Positions 1 to 9,817 of a stretch of DNA of 64,000 bases are shown piece by piece. Numbering within the stretch: position 1 is the stretch's first letter; each line of letters starts with the position of its first letter. The stretch covers positions 310,001 through 374,000 of the forward strand of contig CALSSD010000008.1 of the NCBI GenBank assembly GCA_943788915.1. The letters are read 5' to 3'. This stretch comes from an uncultured Acidimicrobiales bacterium (GTDB lineage Bacteria > Actinomycetota > Acidimicrobiia > Acidimicrobiales > UBA10347). The position numbers were made by a program, and so were the translations under genes. The notes under the pieces are model-generated. The model ran no database searches and had not been told where the DNA came from. It saw only the letters and a program-made list of their open reading frames with translations.

Positions 1-764
1 CCCTCGTTGCGGAACACGCGGGCGATCTCAAAGACTCGTTCGAAGCCGCCGACGGTCAGTCGCTTGAGGTACAGCTCAGGAGCGATCCGCAAGTACAGCT
101 CGGTGTCGAGTGCGTTGTGGTGTGTGGTGAACGGACGGGCCGCAGCACCACCTGGAATGGGATGAAAGACCGGCGTTTCGACTTCCATGTAGTCGCGATC
201 TTCGAGCCAACGCCGAGTCAGCGACATGATCTTGGAGCGAGCCTTGAAGGTGGCCCGGGCTTCCTCGGTCACCCACAGGTCGACGTAGCGCTGGCGGTAA
301 CGCAGGTCGGGGTCGCTGATGCCATGCCACTTGTCCGGAAACTGGCGTTTGGTTTCCGCCAGCACCTGCCAACTGTCGACGGTGATCGAAAGTTCACCAC
401 GGCGGGTCTTCATGACCTGACCGGTCACGCCGATCCAGTCACCCAGGCTCAAGCTGGTGAACGCGTCGAAGTCAGGAGTCTGATTCGAACGCGCAAACAG
501 CTGCATACGACCGGTGGAATCGGCGAGCACCCCGAAGGCCAGCTTGCCTTGTTCGCGGCGCAACATGAGCCGGCCAGCGATGGACACGATGGTGCCGGTT
601 TCGGTGCCGTCTTCGATCTCGCCGAACTGGTCGATAATCGACTGGTTCGACGTATCACGCTCGAAGCGGTACGGGATGATGTGTGCAGTGGGCGTTACAG
701 AAGCCACAGCGGCATCTGTTTCGTTTTCACTGTTGTTGGAGTCAGAGCTTGAAGTGTCAGTCAT
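1..764 (-). CDS. lysS: Lysine--tRNA ligase (class II), runs off the left edge
   Basis: Manual translation from ATG at 764 (not in ORF track): [67 protein letters not shown]. Confidence 0.97.
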   Translation of the reverse strand, partial: MTDTSSSDSNNSENETDAAVASVTPTAHIIPYRFERDTSNQSIIDQFGEIEDGTETGTIVSIAGRLMLRREQGKLAFGVLADSTGRMQLFARSNQTPDFDAFTSLSLGDWIGVTGQVMKTRRGELSITVDSWQVLAETKRQFPDKWHGISDPDLRYRQRYVDLWVTEEARATFKARSKIMSLTRRWLEDRDYMEVETPVFHPIPGGAAARPFTTHHNALDTELYLRIAPELYLKRLTVGGFERVFEIARVFRNE

Positions 765-891
765 TGGTTCTTTTGCCAGATCAGTCGCAGCCCGTGAAGG
801 GTAAGCCACGGTTCGACGTGGTCCACGACCTTTGTGTATGGGGCGATCTTTCCCGCCAGTGGGTGTTGCCAACATCGATGGCCAACAGCAC
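761..891 (-). pseudogene. coaX: Type III pantothenate kinase remnant (large internal deletion)
   Basis: N-terminus [11 protein letters not shown] joined out of frame to C-terminus [32 protein letters not shown]; lies between nadC and lysS; stop overlaps the lysS ATG. Confidence 0.85.
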
Positions 892-900
892 GAGTTAGAG

Positions 901-1773
901 CTATCGCTCGACTGCGTTGAGCTCGATGTCAAGGCCGATGTCAAGCACCGGCGCCGAATTGGTCAGCGAGCCCGACGACACGAAATCGACGCCGGTGTCG
1001 GCATAACTGTCGATGGTCTCGATGGTGATGCCGCCCGATGCCTCGACGATTGGACGACCATCGGGTCGTTTGGGCCCGATCAGTGTCATGGCTTCGCGCA
1101 CGGTGTCTGGCGACATGTTGTCGAGCAGGATCAGATCGGCGTGAGCGGCAACGGCTTGTTCGACCTGGTCGAGCCGATCACATTCAACATGGAGTGGTCG
1201 GCCAGGCCACCGGTCACGAGCTTGTTCGATCGCTTCAGCAATGGACATACCAACCAGGTGATTGTCCTTAAACATCAGCCAGCCGCTGAGGTTTCCCCGG
1301 TGGTTACGTCCGCCGCCAGCTCGGGTCGCGGCCTTCTCGAGGCTGCGGAGACCAGGGGTGGTCTTGCGGGTATCCCACACACCAATCCGGCCATCGACGA
1401 TCTGCACGAACTCGTTTACTCGGGTGGCAATACCAGACAGGTGGCCCATGAAATTGAGCGCCGTGCGCTCGGCAGTCAAAATCGAGGCAAGCGATCCGCG
1501 CACATCGGCGATAACCGAACCGGCTTCGAGTACGTCGCCATCGTCGAAATGCCAGGTGAGGTGGATGGATTCGTCGACCTGACGGAACGCCTCGGCGGCA
1601 GGCCCGCAGCCAGCAAGCCGGCCGGGTTTACGAGCGTTGATTTGGGCAGTCGCGGTGATCGCCGGGTCGAGCATGCCCGACGTCATGTCACCGAGCGGTG
1701 ACAAATCTTCGGCGAGAGCGCGGGCCACGACATCGACAACGTCACCGTGGGGTGGATGGAAATAACCCGGCAT
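901..1773 (-). CDS. nadC: Nicotinate-nucleotide diphosphorylase (carboxylating)
   Basis: [34 protein letters not shown] motifs. Confidence 0.96.
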   Translation of the reverse strand: MPGYFHPPHGDVVDVVARALAEDLSPLGDMTSGMLDPAITATAQINARKPGRLAGCGPAAEAFRQVDESIHLTWHFDDGDVLEAGSVIADVRGSLASILTAERTALNFMGHLSGIATRVNEFVQIVDGRIGVWDTRKTTPGLRSLEKAATRAGGGRNHRGNLSGWLMFKDNHLVGMSIAEAIEQARDRWPGRPLHVECDRLDQVEQAVAAHADLILLDNMSPDTVREAMTLIGPKRPDGRPIVEASGGITIETIDSYADTGVDFVSSGSLTNSAPVLDIGLDIELNAVER

Positions 1774-2621
1774 TAGCCGAAGCCTCGCGAGTCCTGTTTG
1801 AGCGCGGTGTCAACCGACAGCGCTGCGGCCACCACCATCTGACGAAGAGGGTCAGGTAGCGGATGATGAACCGACACCACATAGTTGTCGGCAGTGGTGA
1901 ACGCGGTCTTCAGTACGCCCTCGAATGTTTTGGTGATGCGGGCGATCTCGGTGCCGTTCGCGTCCTGCATGTTGAAGTTCCAGGCTCGCCAATTCTCGGC
2001 ATTGATCGATCCCATCTCGACACCACCGACGTTCAGACCAAACTTGATCTTGCCCAACGCGTTCTTCTGGGTTATTTCACCAATGGTGGTACCGGCGCCG
2101 TCTTCGACGACCACTCGAGATTTCACGAACTTGGCTGGTCGGGTCAGCTTGAGCACCACATTGTTTTGCGAATCGACAACCTGCAGATGGTGGGTGAAGA
2201 ACTGGTCCAGGCTCGAGACCACCCGTAGAACCTTCTTCACCGTGCTTTGGCCAACCTGGCGGACAGAGCCGACTTGCGCACCGTTGCGGTCAAAGATCGC
2301 GTACTCGTTGTTGACTTCGATCAGCTTGGCCTTCTGGTTAACCACAAAGAGCTGCTGACTCAGCAGATCACCGCCGACGCCAGCACCGCGATCGACGATG
2401 GCGCCGCGTTTCTCGGCACTATCGAAGTGGCGATCGACCTGCTGTTGCACCTTCTCGCCACTCATGTTGGTCACTTCTTTGACCACCGCAGCGTTCACCG
2501 GATCAGAACTCTGCTTGCCGTTGGAAGAAACATGATCGGTCCATGTTGCGCCATCCCAGTAGCGCAACTCAGCTCGGCCGTAGGGATCGGGATACCAATC
2601 CGCGGCCGTGGTCTCTGTCAT
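1773..2621 (-). CDS. DUF2510 domain + LURP-one/scramblase-like protein
   Basis: N-terminal WYPDPYGRAELRYWDGATWT; C-terminal scramblase-like beta region (FTTADNYVV). Confidence 0.8.
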   Translation of the reverse strand: MTETTAADWYPDPYGRAELRYWDGATWTDHVSSNGKQSSDPVNAAVVKEVTNMSGEKVQQQVDRHFDSAEKRGAIVDRGAGVGGDLLSQQLFVVNQKAKLIEVNNEYAIFDRNGAQVGSVRQVGQSTVKKVLRVVSSLDQFFTHHLQVVDSQNNVVLKLTRPAKFVKSRVVVEDGAGTTIGEITQKNALGKIKFGLNVGGVEMGSINAENWRAWNFNMQDANGTEIARITKTFEGVLKTAFTTADNYVVSVHHPLPDPLRQMVVAAALSVDTALKQDSRGFG

Positions 2622-2630
2622 GTCGCTAGG

Positions 2631-2894
2631 TTACCCCGCGTGTGCGTCTGCGATCTGGCCCGTAGCACCGAGTAACCCCAGCTGCACGCCGTCCGAGTCC
2701 GAGATCATCGCGCAGTGGCTCTCGAAGCAGCCAGGGGGGACGCAGCCGCGGTTCCCGAACTTGAACACGGCTTCATAGCCACGATGGAACACCGGGTCCT
2801 CGGCACTCGTTACGTGTATGACGGCCTGAAAGACGAGCGGTTCCTGACGGTGCTCGCCGGTGTCGGTGCGGGTGGATTGGTTTAACCGGCACAT
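2631..2894 (-). pseudogene. Possible degenerate VOC/glyoxalase-like fragment
   Basis: C-terminal AMISDSDGVQLGLL resembles the VOC DPDG turn; weak. Confidence 0.3.
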
Positions 2895-2943
2895 GGGTCG
2901 GCCAGTCAGTCTCGCTGCTACTTCTCGAGATGCACGAGCGGCA

Positions 2944-2986
2944 GATCGATAACGAACGCGTGCCTGGCACCGATTCGTTATCGATC
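2944..2986. repeat. Palindromic element, GTGCCWGGCAC family
   Basis: 21-bp arms (3 mismatches) around T2965; overlaps the panC stop codon. Confidence 0.75.
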
Positions 2987-3838
2987 GAGGGAGACACCGA
3001 TGTTGTCGAGCAGGCGAGGGCGGCCGACCTGGGCGGCCAGGATGATACGGACATCGCCGCTGAGCTGCGTGAGTGGCTGCAAGCTGTCAGCGTCGACGAT
3101 GGCAACGTAATCGGGTGCGGACACCAGTGGCTCGGTCGCGATCATGTCGATGATGTGCGAGCGCACAACATCGGCGTCGCGTTCGCCAGCTTGCACCAAC
3201 TCGACCGCGGAGCGCAGCGAACGATTGAGCACAGCTGCGGCGGCAAATTGTTCGGTGGAGAGGTAGGTGTTGCGGCTGGACATAGCCAGGCCGTTTTCTT
3301 CACGCACGATCGGGCAGCCGATGACCTGCACCTGGAACGACAGGTCAGACACCATGCGGCGCACGACCGCTAGCTGCTGATAGTCCTTCTCGCCGAAGTA
3401 CGCCCGGCACCGCCCGCCAATGTGGAACAACTTGGCCACGACGGTGGCCACACCTGCAAAATGGGTGGGACGTTGGGCTCCCTCCATGGCTTCGCTGAGT
3501 TCGTTGACCGTGACGGTAGTGACGATCGGCTGGGGGTACATCTCGTCGACCGACGGCGTGAGAACAACCGTGGCACCGGCTTCTTGGCAGAGCTTGAGAT
3601 CCCGTTCGAGGTCACGCGGATAGTCGCTGAGGTCTTCGTCGGCCCCAAACTGCAACGGATTGACAAAGATCGTGGTGAGTGTGACGTCGTTCTCTGCGGC
3701 CGAAGCCTGGATCAGGCTGGCATGACCTGCATGCAGGAAACCCATCGTTGGCACCAGCCCAACCGTCTTGCCTTCGGCCCGAGCAGCGTCGAGCAGCTCC
3801 CAAGTCTCAGCCAGGGTTGTGGTTACCTGCACGGTCAT
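2978..3838 (-). CDS. panC: Pantoate--beta-alanine ligase
   Basis: VPTMGFLHAGH, FVNPLQF, YFGEKDYQQ, GLAMSSRN, RLLDN; ATG at 3838 overlaps the upstream stop. Confidence 0.97.
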   Translation of the reverse strand: MTVQVTTTLAETWELLDAARAEGKTVGLVPTMGFLHAGHASLIQASAAENDVTLTTIFVNPLQFGADEDLSDYPRDLERDLKLCQEAGATVVLTPSVDEMYPQPIVTTVTVNELSEAMEGAQRPTHFAGVATVVAKLFHIGGRCRAYFGEKDYQQLAVVRRMVSDLSFQVQVIGCPIVREENGLAMSSRNTYLSTEQFAAAAVLNRSLRSAVELVQAGERDADVVRSHIIDMIATEPLVSAPDYVAIVDADSLQPLTQLSGDVRIILAAQVGRPRLLDNIGVSLDR

Positions 3839-4602
3839 CCTTCGTTCTCTCTCGATTCTTCTGCCGGTGTGCACGCAGGGTCTGACCCCGCGTGACCGGC
3901 GGCAAGATGTTGGGCGGCGACAACCAGCGTGTCATACAACCCACGCTCCGAAGGAGGAAGGGCGACACGATGCGCATCAAGCGTGGTGTGATCTCCCCGG
4001 GCCGCTGGGCCAGTAAGCGCCGCAGCAGCGCCATGGGCCACGACATCATCGAAGCTGCCTCGAGCCAGGTCAAGGAACGCCTGCACCGGTACCCCGACCT
4101 GGTCGGCAAGCCGTTCGACCTGGCCAAGCAGTGCCACCAGATGATTGGCGCTGACCGCAGCAGTAGCGTGATAGAGCGCTCGTTTGGCATCGTCGACGAC
4201 GAAACTCTGGCCACCGAACAGGTCGACGATCTGAGCTGCGGCCGGATCACCCGCCACCGCAAACCAGCCATGGTCGCGAAGCCGCGTTGCACCGACTTCA
4301 GCCGAGGGCAGTGCCATGAGCGGATGAATCGATCCGTGCCGTGGGTGTCCCGCTAGCGGTATAAGGCCGGTCGCGCCCGAACAATGCAGCACCACCGCAT
4401 CACCGGGTGAAATGGCCCGGGCTACCTGAGCGATCGCCCGGTCGGGGGTTGCGATGAGTACGACATCGACGTCGGACGCAGCGCTCGCGACCGCGGCTTC
4501 ACGCGCCAACAGATCAACCTGTAACCCAACAGCCTCACATGCCTGAGCGAACGACTGTCCGGCCCGGCCAGGACCAACAATACGGATGCTGGCGAGTGCC
4601 AC
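3835..4602 (-). CDS. Rossmann-like + DUF2520 protein (PanG-like ketopantoate reductase candidate)
   Basis: GPGRAG, HCSGA, HPLM, YHATAAVSANH, LTGPAARGD; adjacent to panC. Confidence 0.85.
   Translation of the reverse strand: MALASIRIVGPGRAGQSFAQACEAVGLQVDLLAREAAVASAASDVDVVLIATPDRAIAQVARAISPGDAVVLHCSGATGLIPLAGHPRHGSIHPLMALPSAEVGATRLRDHGWFAVAGDPAAAQIVDLFGGQSFVVDDAKRALYHATAAVSANHLVALLGQVERLADQVGVPVQAFLDLARGSFDDVVAHGAAAALTGPAARGDHTTLDAHRVALPPSERGLYDTLVVAAQHLAAGHAGSDPACTPAEESRENEG
3863..3900. repeat. Palindromic element, GGGTCWGACCC type, within the 3' end of a CDS
   Basis: GCCGGT-gtg-CACGCAGGGTC-T-GACCCCGCGTG-ACCGGC. Confidence 0.55.
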
Positions 4603-4604
4603 GC

Positions 4605-5054
4605 TCAGAGCGATCCAATATTGCGGACTTCGCCCTCGTCTGGATCGGACCAGCCATCGAGCAAGTCGGGAGCAAGTTCACCGAGCGGGATCATCACGAA
4701 GGCGCGATCGCGCCACCGTGGATGGGGCACAATCAGGTCAGGTTCATTGACCGTCTCGCCGTCGACATAGACCACGTCGACATCAAGGGTCCGTGGGCCC
4801 CACCGCTCGATCCGGACCCGTTCGGCCTCCGCTTCGAGGGTGCGACACAACTCGAGCAGGTCACGAGGAGACAGATCTGTATCGAGCTCGACAACACAAT
4901 TTAAGAAGGCGCCCTGTTCGGGCCCACCAATCGGGTCGGTCTCATATAGCGAGGACACCTGCACCAGGTCGGGCATGGCTTCGACGGCAGCCCGCAAATA
5001 ACTAAGGCGTTCGCCCAGGTTGCTACCTAACCCGAGAAATGCTCGGCGAGTCAT
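4605..5054 (-). CDS. folK: 2-amino-4-hydroxy-6-hydroxymethyldihydropteridine diphosphokinase
   Basis: AFLGLGSNLG, SSLYET, RWGPRTLDVD, PHPR, RAFV. Confidence 0.96.
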   Translation of the reverse strand: MTRRAFLGLGSNLGERLSYLRAAVEAMPDLVQVSSLYETDPIGGPEQGAFLNCVVELDTDLSPRDLLELCRTLEAEAERVRIERWGPRTLDVDVVYVDGETVNEPDLIVPHPRWRDRAFVMIPLGELAPDLLDGWSDPDEGEVRNIGSL

Positions 5055-5055
5055 G

Positions 5056-5421
5056 TCAGCCGCGACTGCGAGTGATGCGGACACCCGATGCGGCAAGATC
5101 CTGTGCCATCGGCGGCCGTAGCTTCAAGATCTCGACGGTCACCTGGATCGCCTTGTCATCAACCAGCAACAAATCAGCGACCTGCTGCGCGAAATACTCG
5201 AGCAGCGTGAACCGGCTGTTCTCGACCAACTCTTGGATCTTCTCACCGAGAATTCCGTAGTTGATCGTGTCGTCCAGATCGTCTGACTGACCAGCCGCAC
5301 GTAGGTCAGCAGTGACCTCGGCATTGATCTCGAATGGTTGACGTCGGGCCTGCTCTTCATCGAGCACGCCGCAATAGGCCATGACTCTGAAGCTCCGCAG
5401 CAAAATGGCATCGGATTCCAT
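5056..5421 (-). CDS. folB: Dihydroneopterin aldolase
   Basis: GVLDEE..RRQPF, SDDLDDTINY, LLE, KLRPP. Confidence 0.93.
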   Translation of the reverse strand: MESDAILLRSFRVMAYCGVLDEEQARRQPFEINAEVTADLRAAGQSDDLDDTINYGILGEKIQELVENSRFTLLEYFAQQVADLLLVDDKAIQVTVEILKLRPPMAQDLAASGVRITRSRG

Positions 5422-5430
5422 GGCGCTGTT

Positions 5431-6003
5431 CTAGTCGCTCGACTCGTCTTCTGGTTCGTCGACTGGCAAATTCGCCTTGCGATGGTCCGATTCATAAATC
5501 GTGTTAATGATCGACCGGCCTCGAGGACCAATCTGGCGGCCGAACAGTCGCTCGACCATCACGAAGGTTTCGGTAGGCGCTTCGAGATAGTCGCCCCAGA
5601 TCAAAAACCCGCCGAAGAAACCCATCATCGTGTCGCCCAGCGACAAACGATGCATAAGCATGCGTTTGTTGTTGTCGAGCGCGATGCCCATCTGCTCATA
5701 GATACGAGGCATCAGGAAGGTTGGCTCCTGATCATCGGCAACAGGCCAATGGCGGTGGGCAAGACCGAGTTCCTTGTATGCCTGCAGATTGTGATTGCCA
5801 GGAATCATCGAGATCGTGAGGTCGAAGTTGTTATTCAGCACCCACACGATCTCTTCTTGACGACGCACCGGTCGATGGTTCGACCCCTTGCCGCCTAGGC
5901 GTTCACACACCGCAATTTGGTCCTTGAGAATCCAGGTGAAGTGGCGCGGCTGAATGCCTTGTGCCCACTTGCCCCGCAAGCTCGAAATCGACATCTCAGC
6001 CAT
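5431..6003 (-). CDS. Hypothetical protein, weakly phosphatase-fold-like but without CX5R
   Basis: Intact 190-aa ORF, co-oriented within the fol cluster. Confidence 0.75.
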   Translation of the reverse strand: MAEMSISSLRGKWAQGIQPRHFTWILKDQIAVCERLGGKGSNHRPVRRQEEIVWVLNNNFDLTISMIPGNHNLQAYKELGLAHRHWPVADDQEPTFLMPRIYEQMGIALDNNKRMLMHRLSLGDTMMGFFGGFLIWGDYLEAPTETFVMVERLFGRQIGPRGRSIINTIYESDHRKANLPVDEPEDESSD

Positions 6004-6061
6004 GAGGAATCAACCTAGACCGTGATCACCCCGGCAACCACCTTGATCGCCGTAAACCTGG

Positions 6062-6240
6062 CTACAAAGCCCACAACGCTTGGGTTGTGGGTAGAACATC
6101 ATGCACTCGCACCACATCAACCCCATGAGCACACGCCCACACGGCCAACGCCACCGAGGCTTCACGACGATCCTCGGTCGACGTTGGTGCTGCCTCGACC
6201 AGCGGAACACCCGTGTTGCTCGCCCTGTTAATCCGGTGGA
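6062..6240 (-). pseudogene. folP: Dihydropteroate synthase C-terminal remnant
   Basis: EDRREASVALAVWACAHGVDVVRVHDV...TQAL* (DHPS RVHDV motif) immediately after folE; rest of gene absent. Confidence 0.85.
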
Positions 6241-6283
6241 TGTTCGACAGCAGCGACGGCTACCTGCAGAACAGAGTCGTGAA

Positions 6284-6865
6284 CTACGGGTTGAGGAAAC
6301 GCATTGCTTCCATGCGGGTGGCTACGTCGTCGCGGAAGATACCGCGCACCGCAGACGTGATCGTCGTGGCACCTGGCTTGCGAATACCCCGCATGGCCAT
6401 ACACAGGTGCTCCGCTTCGATGACAACAATCGCGCCATTGGGATCGAGTACGTCATCGATGGCATCGGCGCACTGCGATGTCAGACGTTCTTGGACCTGG
6501 GGGCGACGGGCATAACCGTCGACCAGTCGTGCCAGCTTCGACAAACCGGTAATGCGACCCTGTTCGTTCGGGATGTAGCCCAGGTGCGCAACACCATAGA
6601 ACGGCACAAGATGGTGCTCACACAGCGAGTAGATGGGGATGTCCTTGACGATGACCATTTCTTGGTGGCCAGCCTCGAACTGGGTCACAAGATGTTCGCG
6701 TGGATCCTGATGTAGACCGCCACAGACCTCGGCGTACATACGTGCAACCCGTTGGGGGGTGTCGTGCAGACCATCGCGAGTCGGGTCTTCGCCCATCGCC
6801 TCGAGAATTTCTGACACTGCAGCAGCAATACGTTCAAGATCTACAGGGTTTGACGGGTCAGCCAC
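6284..6865 (-). CDS. folE: GTP cyclohydrolase I
   Basis: [44 protein letters not shown]. Confidence 0.97.
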   Translation of the reverse strand: MADPSNPVDLERIAAAVSEILEAMGEDPTRDGLHDTPQRVARMYAEVCGGLHQDPREHLVTQFEAGHQEMVIVKDIPIYSLCEHHLVPFYGVAHLGYIPNEQGRITGLSKLARLVDGYARRPQVQERLTSQCADAIDDVLDPNGAIVVIEAEHLCMAMRGIRKPGATTITSAVRGIFRDDVATRMEAMRFLNP

Positions 6866-6929
6866 GATCGGAATCCTTTACTCATTCTTGCCAGCCAACG
6901 AGTGAACTTGAGCCGGTCAAGGGTCGAGA

Positions 6930-8846
6930 TCAGCTATCGGCTGAGGGACGTTCCTGGGAACGGTACTCGCCCATCACGAACGGTTCACGGGCCAATGGCG
7001 AAGAAGATTGCACCGCACGGGGCGGGTCGCTATCCCATGTTCCCGCCTCGCCAAGGATCTCGCAAAGCTGGTGCTCGTCCAAGGTCTCGTGTTCGAGCAA
7101 CGCCGCAGCAAGTGCATCGAGGGTGTCTCGATGATGGTTCAAGATCTCGTAGGCCTCACGGTGAGCCACGCCGATCAGATCACGGACCTCGTCGTCGATG
7201 ACGTCGGCGACGACATCGGACATACCGCTTCCTTGGCCGACCTCTTTGCCCACAAAGACGTCGTCGTTCTCACGACCAAATGCTTGGGGACCGAGCTTTT
7301 CGCTCATGCCGAACCTGGTGACCATCTGACGAGCCAGTTTGGATACGCGAGCGATGTCGTCAGTCGCGCCTGTAGTTGGATCACCGAAGACGATCTCTTC
7401 GGCGGTACGACCACCAAGCAACATCGCGAGTTCGCTGCGCAGTTCCGAGCGCGAGTTCAAGTACTTGTCCCGTTCAGGGAGCGTCATCGTCCAGCCGAGT
7501 GCACGACCGCGAGACACGATTGAAACCTTGTGAACAGGGTCGGTGTGCTCATGGAGGTGGCCGACCAGCGCGTGGCCCGACTCGTGATAAGCGATCACTC
7601 GCTGCTCGTGATCGCTCATGACTCGGCTCTTGCGCTCAGGCCCACCGATAACACGATCGATGGCGGCACCAACGTGTGTCGTGGTGATCTCATGTTGGCC
7701 GTCGCGAGCGGTCAACAGGGCCGCCTCGTTTAGCAAGTTCTGCAGGTCGGCACCGGTGAAACCAGGCGTGCGACGAGCCAGTGTGTCCAGGTCAACCCCG
7801 GGTGCCAACGGTTTGCCCTGAGCATGTACCCGCAAGATTTGTTTACGACCAGGCAGATCTGGTTTATCGACAGCGATCTGGCGATCGAATCGACCGGGGC
7901 GAAGCAATGCTGGGTCGAGAATGTCTGGCCGGTTCGTAGCGGCGATCAAGATGACGCCAGTATTGCCCTCGAAACCATCCATTTCGACGAGCATCTGATT
8001 AAGCGTCTGCTCGCGTTCGTCGTGCCCACCACCCATACCAGCACCCCGATGGCGACCAACCGCGTCGATCTCATCAATGAAAATGGTGGCAGGTGCAGAT
8101 TCCTTCGCCTGTTCGAACAGGTTGCGCACCCGGCTTGCGCCGACACCAACGAACATTTCGACGAAGTCAGAACCAGAGATCGAGAAGAACGGTACGCCAG
8201 CTTCGCCAGCTACAGCTCGAGCGAGCAAGGTCTTACCCGTGCCGGGAGGACCGTAGAGCAGGACTCCCTTAGGAATCTTGGCGCCGAGAGCATGGAAGCG
8301 CGCGGGATCCTTGAGGAAGTCTCGGATCTCTCGGAGCTCTTCGACCGCCTCGTCGGCGCCGGCAACATCGGCAAAAGTGATCTGGGGCGAGTCTTTCGAG
8401 AACTCCCGAGCCTTCGACTTACCCATGCTGAACATGCCACCGCCACCGCGCATCTTGGTGAAGACAAACACGATGAGACCGATCAGGATCAGCATCGGTG
8501 CCATGCGCAAGACAAGCTCGCTCCAGAAGCCGCTGGTCTCTGAATTGGTGGTGATATCAATCGGCGGTGAAGCTTGCGTGAGCTCGACCGTCAGCTCATC
8601 GGTGAACTCCCGAGGAAACTTCAGCCGATACTGGGTGCCGTCGCTCAAGACACCGCTCAGTTCCTGGATGCGGTCGCTAATGACAGCGGTGCTGACCTGG
8701 CCATCGTCGATCAGCCCGAGATACCCCGACAGGTTGTACCAGGTATAGGGCGACTCTTCGGCCCTAAGAGTCTGGGTGGCGACATAAAAGATCGCTATCA
8801 GGACGGCAATTGCCCCGACGATTTGGACGGTCGAAAAGCGCTTCAC
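6930..8846 (-). CDS. ftsH: ATP-dependent zinc metalloprotease FtsH
   Basis: 2 TM segments, [32 protein letters not shown]. Confidence 0.98.
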   Translation of the reverse strand: MKRFSTVQIVGAIAVLIAIFYVATQTLRAEESPYTWYNLSGYLGLIDDGQVSTAVISDRIQELSGVLSDGTQYRLKFPREFTDELTVELTQASPPIDITTNSETSGFWSELVLRMAPMLILIGLIVFVFTKMRGGGGMFSMGKSKAREFSKDSPQITFADVAGADEAVEELREIRDFLKDPARFHALGAKIPKGVLLYGPPGTGKTLLARAVAGEAGVPFFSISGSDFVEMFVGVGASRVRNLFEQAKESAPATIFIDEIDAVGRHRGAGMGGGHDEREQTLNQMLVEMDGFEGNTGVILIAATNRPDILDPALLRPGRFDRQIAVDKPDLPGRKQILRVHAQGKPLAPGVDLDTLARRTPGFTGADLQNLLNEAALLTARDGQHEITTTHVGAAIDRVIGGPERKSRVMSDHEQRVIAYHESGHALVGHLHEHTDPVHKVSIVSRGRALGWTMTLPERDKYLNSRSELRSELAMLLGGRTAEEIVFGDPTTGATDDIARVSKLARQMVTRFGMSEKLGPQAFGRENDDVFVGKEVGQGSGMSDVVADVIDDEVRDLIGVAHREAYEILNHHRDTLDALAAALLEHETLDEHQLCEILGEAGTWDSDPPRAVQSSSPLAREPFVMGEYRSQERPSADS

Positions 8847-9793
8847 TGGCGTTTTTCGTTACCTAGGGGGGACTCAAGCCTCAGCCTTTGGTTGGTTCTA
8901 TGAACCCTATGGCCCCCTTCGAGTTCACAAGAAACGGCTATTCCTCGCGCTACTTCGAGTACACGGTCGACCGAATCAACAGCTGGGGGATGGTCTCGGG
9001 GCCATTCGCTGGTGATGAACATACGTAGTGCTCGACGGGCCAGAACCGTGGGTGCCAGCGCAACAGCCTTGGCATCGGTGGGATCAATCTCGGCAGCAAG
9101 TGAGTCGAGGAACTCGTCTTCGGACCCCAACAGATCGGCCTGACGATCGAGCACCGCGGCGACATCGCGACGGCTGACGTCGTTCAACAGCGGCAGGACC
9201 TCGTGACGCACCCGGTTACGAACGAACGCGGGATCATCGTTCGATGGATCCACAACCACGGACACGCCAAGTGACCGGCATAACGCCTGTGTCTCTAACC
9301 GGCGTAACGCCACGATTGGGTGCCGTTGCGGATCGCTCAGCGGTGACAGCCCGGTGCGCGCAGCACCTCGCAACAAGTTGATCAACATGGTCTCGGCTCG
9401 ATCATCGAGCGTGTGCCCGGTTGCCACCTTGTCAGGCAGGCAGGCGAACCTTGCCTGACGAGCCCGGGCCTCGAGATTGGAGCCGGGGGTGATGTCGGCT
9501 CGGTGAGCCACAAATTCCGCTCCGAACCTGGCCGCGAGATCACGCACGACCTGGGCTTCAGACGCTGAGCCGGGCCGCAATCCATGATCTACATGATGTG
9601 CCGTAACCGCACAACCTGCGGCCCGAGCCAAGATCAGCAATGCCGCTGAATCTGCCCCGCCAGATACAGCGCAGTGCAGGTCTTCGTCCTTGTCAGGGAA
9701 GGTGCACCGCTCAAGCAAATCGTCCACAGACGGCGCCTGTTCAGTGAGTTTCACGGCAGTGGACCGTTCATAGGTTGGGTCGACATTCGCCAT
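8843..9793 (-). CDS. tilS: tRNA(Ile)-lysidine synthetase
   Basis: AVSGGADS, HVDHGLR, EARARQAR, GHTLDDRAET, DPSN, RNRVR. Confidence 0.95.
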   Translation of the reverse strand: MANVDPTYERSTAVKLTEQAPSVDDLLERCTFPDKDEDLHCAVSGGADSAALLILARAAGCAVTAHHVDHGLRPGSASEAQVVRDLAARFGAEFVAHRADITPGSNLEARARQARFACLPDKVATGHTLDDRAETMLINLLRGAARTGLSPLSDPQRHPIVALRRLETQALCRSLGVSVVVDPSNDDPAFVRNRVRHEVLPLLNDVSRRDVAAVLDRQADLLGSEDEFLDSLAAEIDPTDAKAVALAPTVLARRALRMFITSEWPRDHPPAVDSVDRVLEVARGIAVSCELEGGHRVHRTNQRLRLESPLGNEKRQ

Positions 9794-9817
9794 TCATACG
9801 AAGGCGCATGTTGATCG

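Noticed and set aside
117..1701. Long plus-strand ORFs opposite lysS and nadC, and similar antisense ORFs throughout
   Set aside because: Shadow frames of high-GC genes; no motifs, while the opposite strand encodes recognisable proteins
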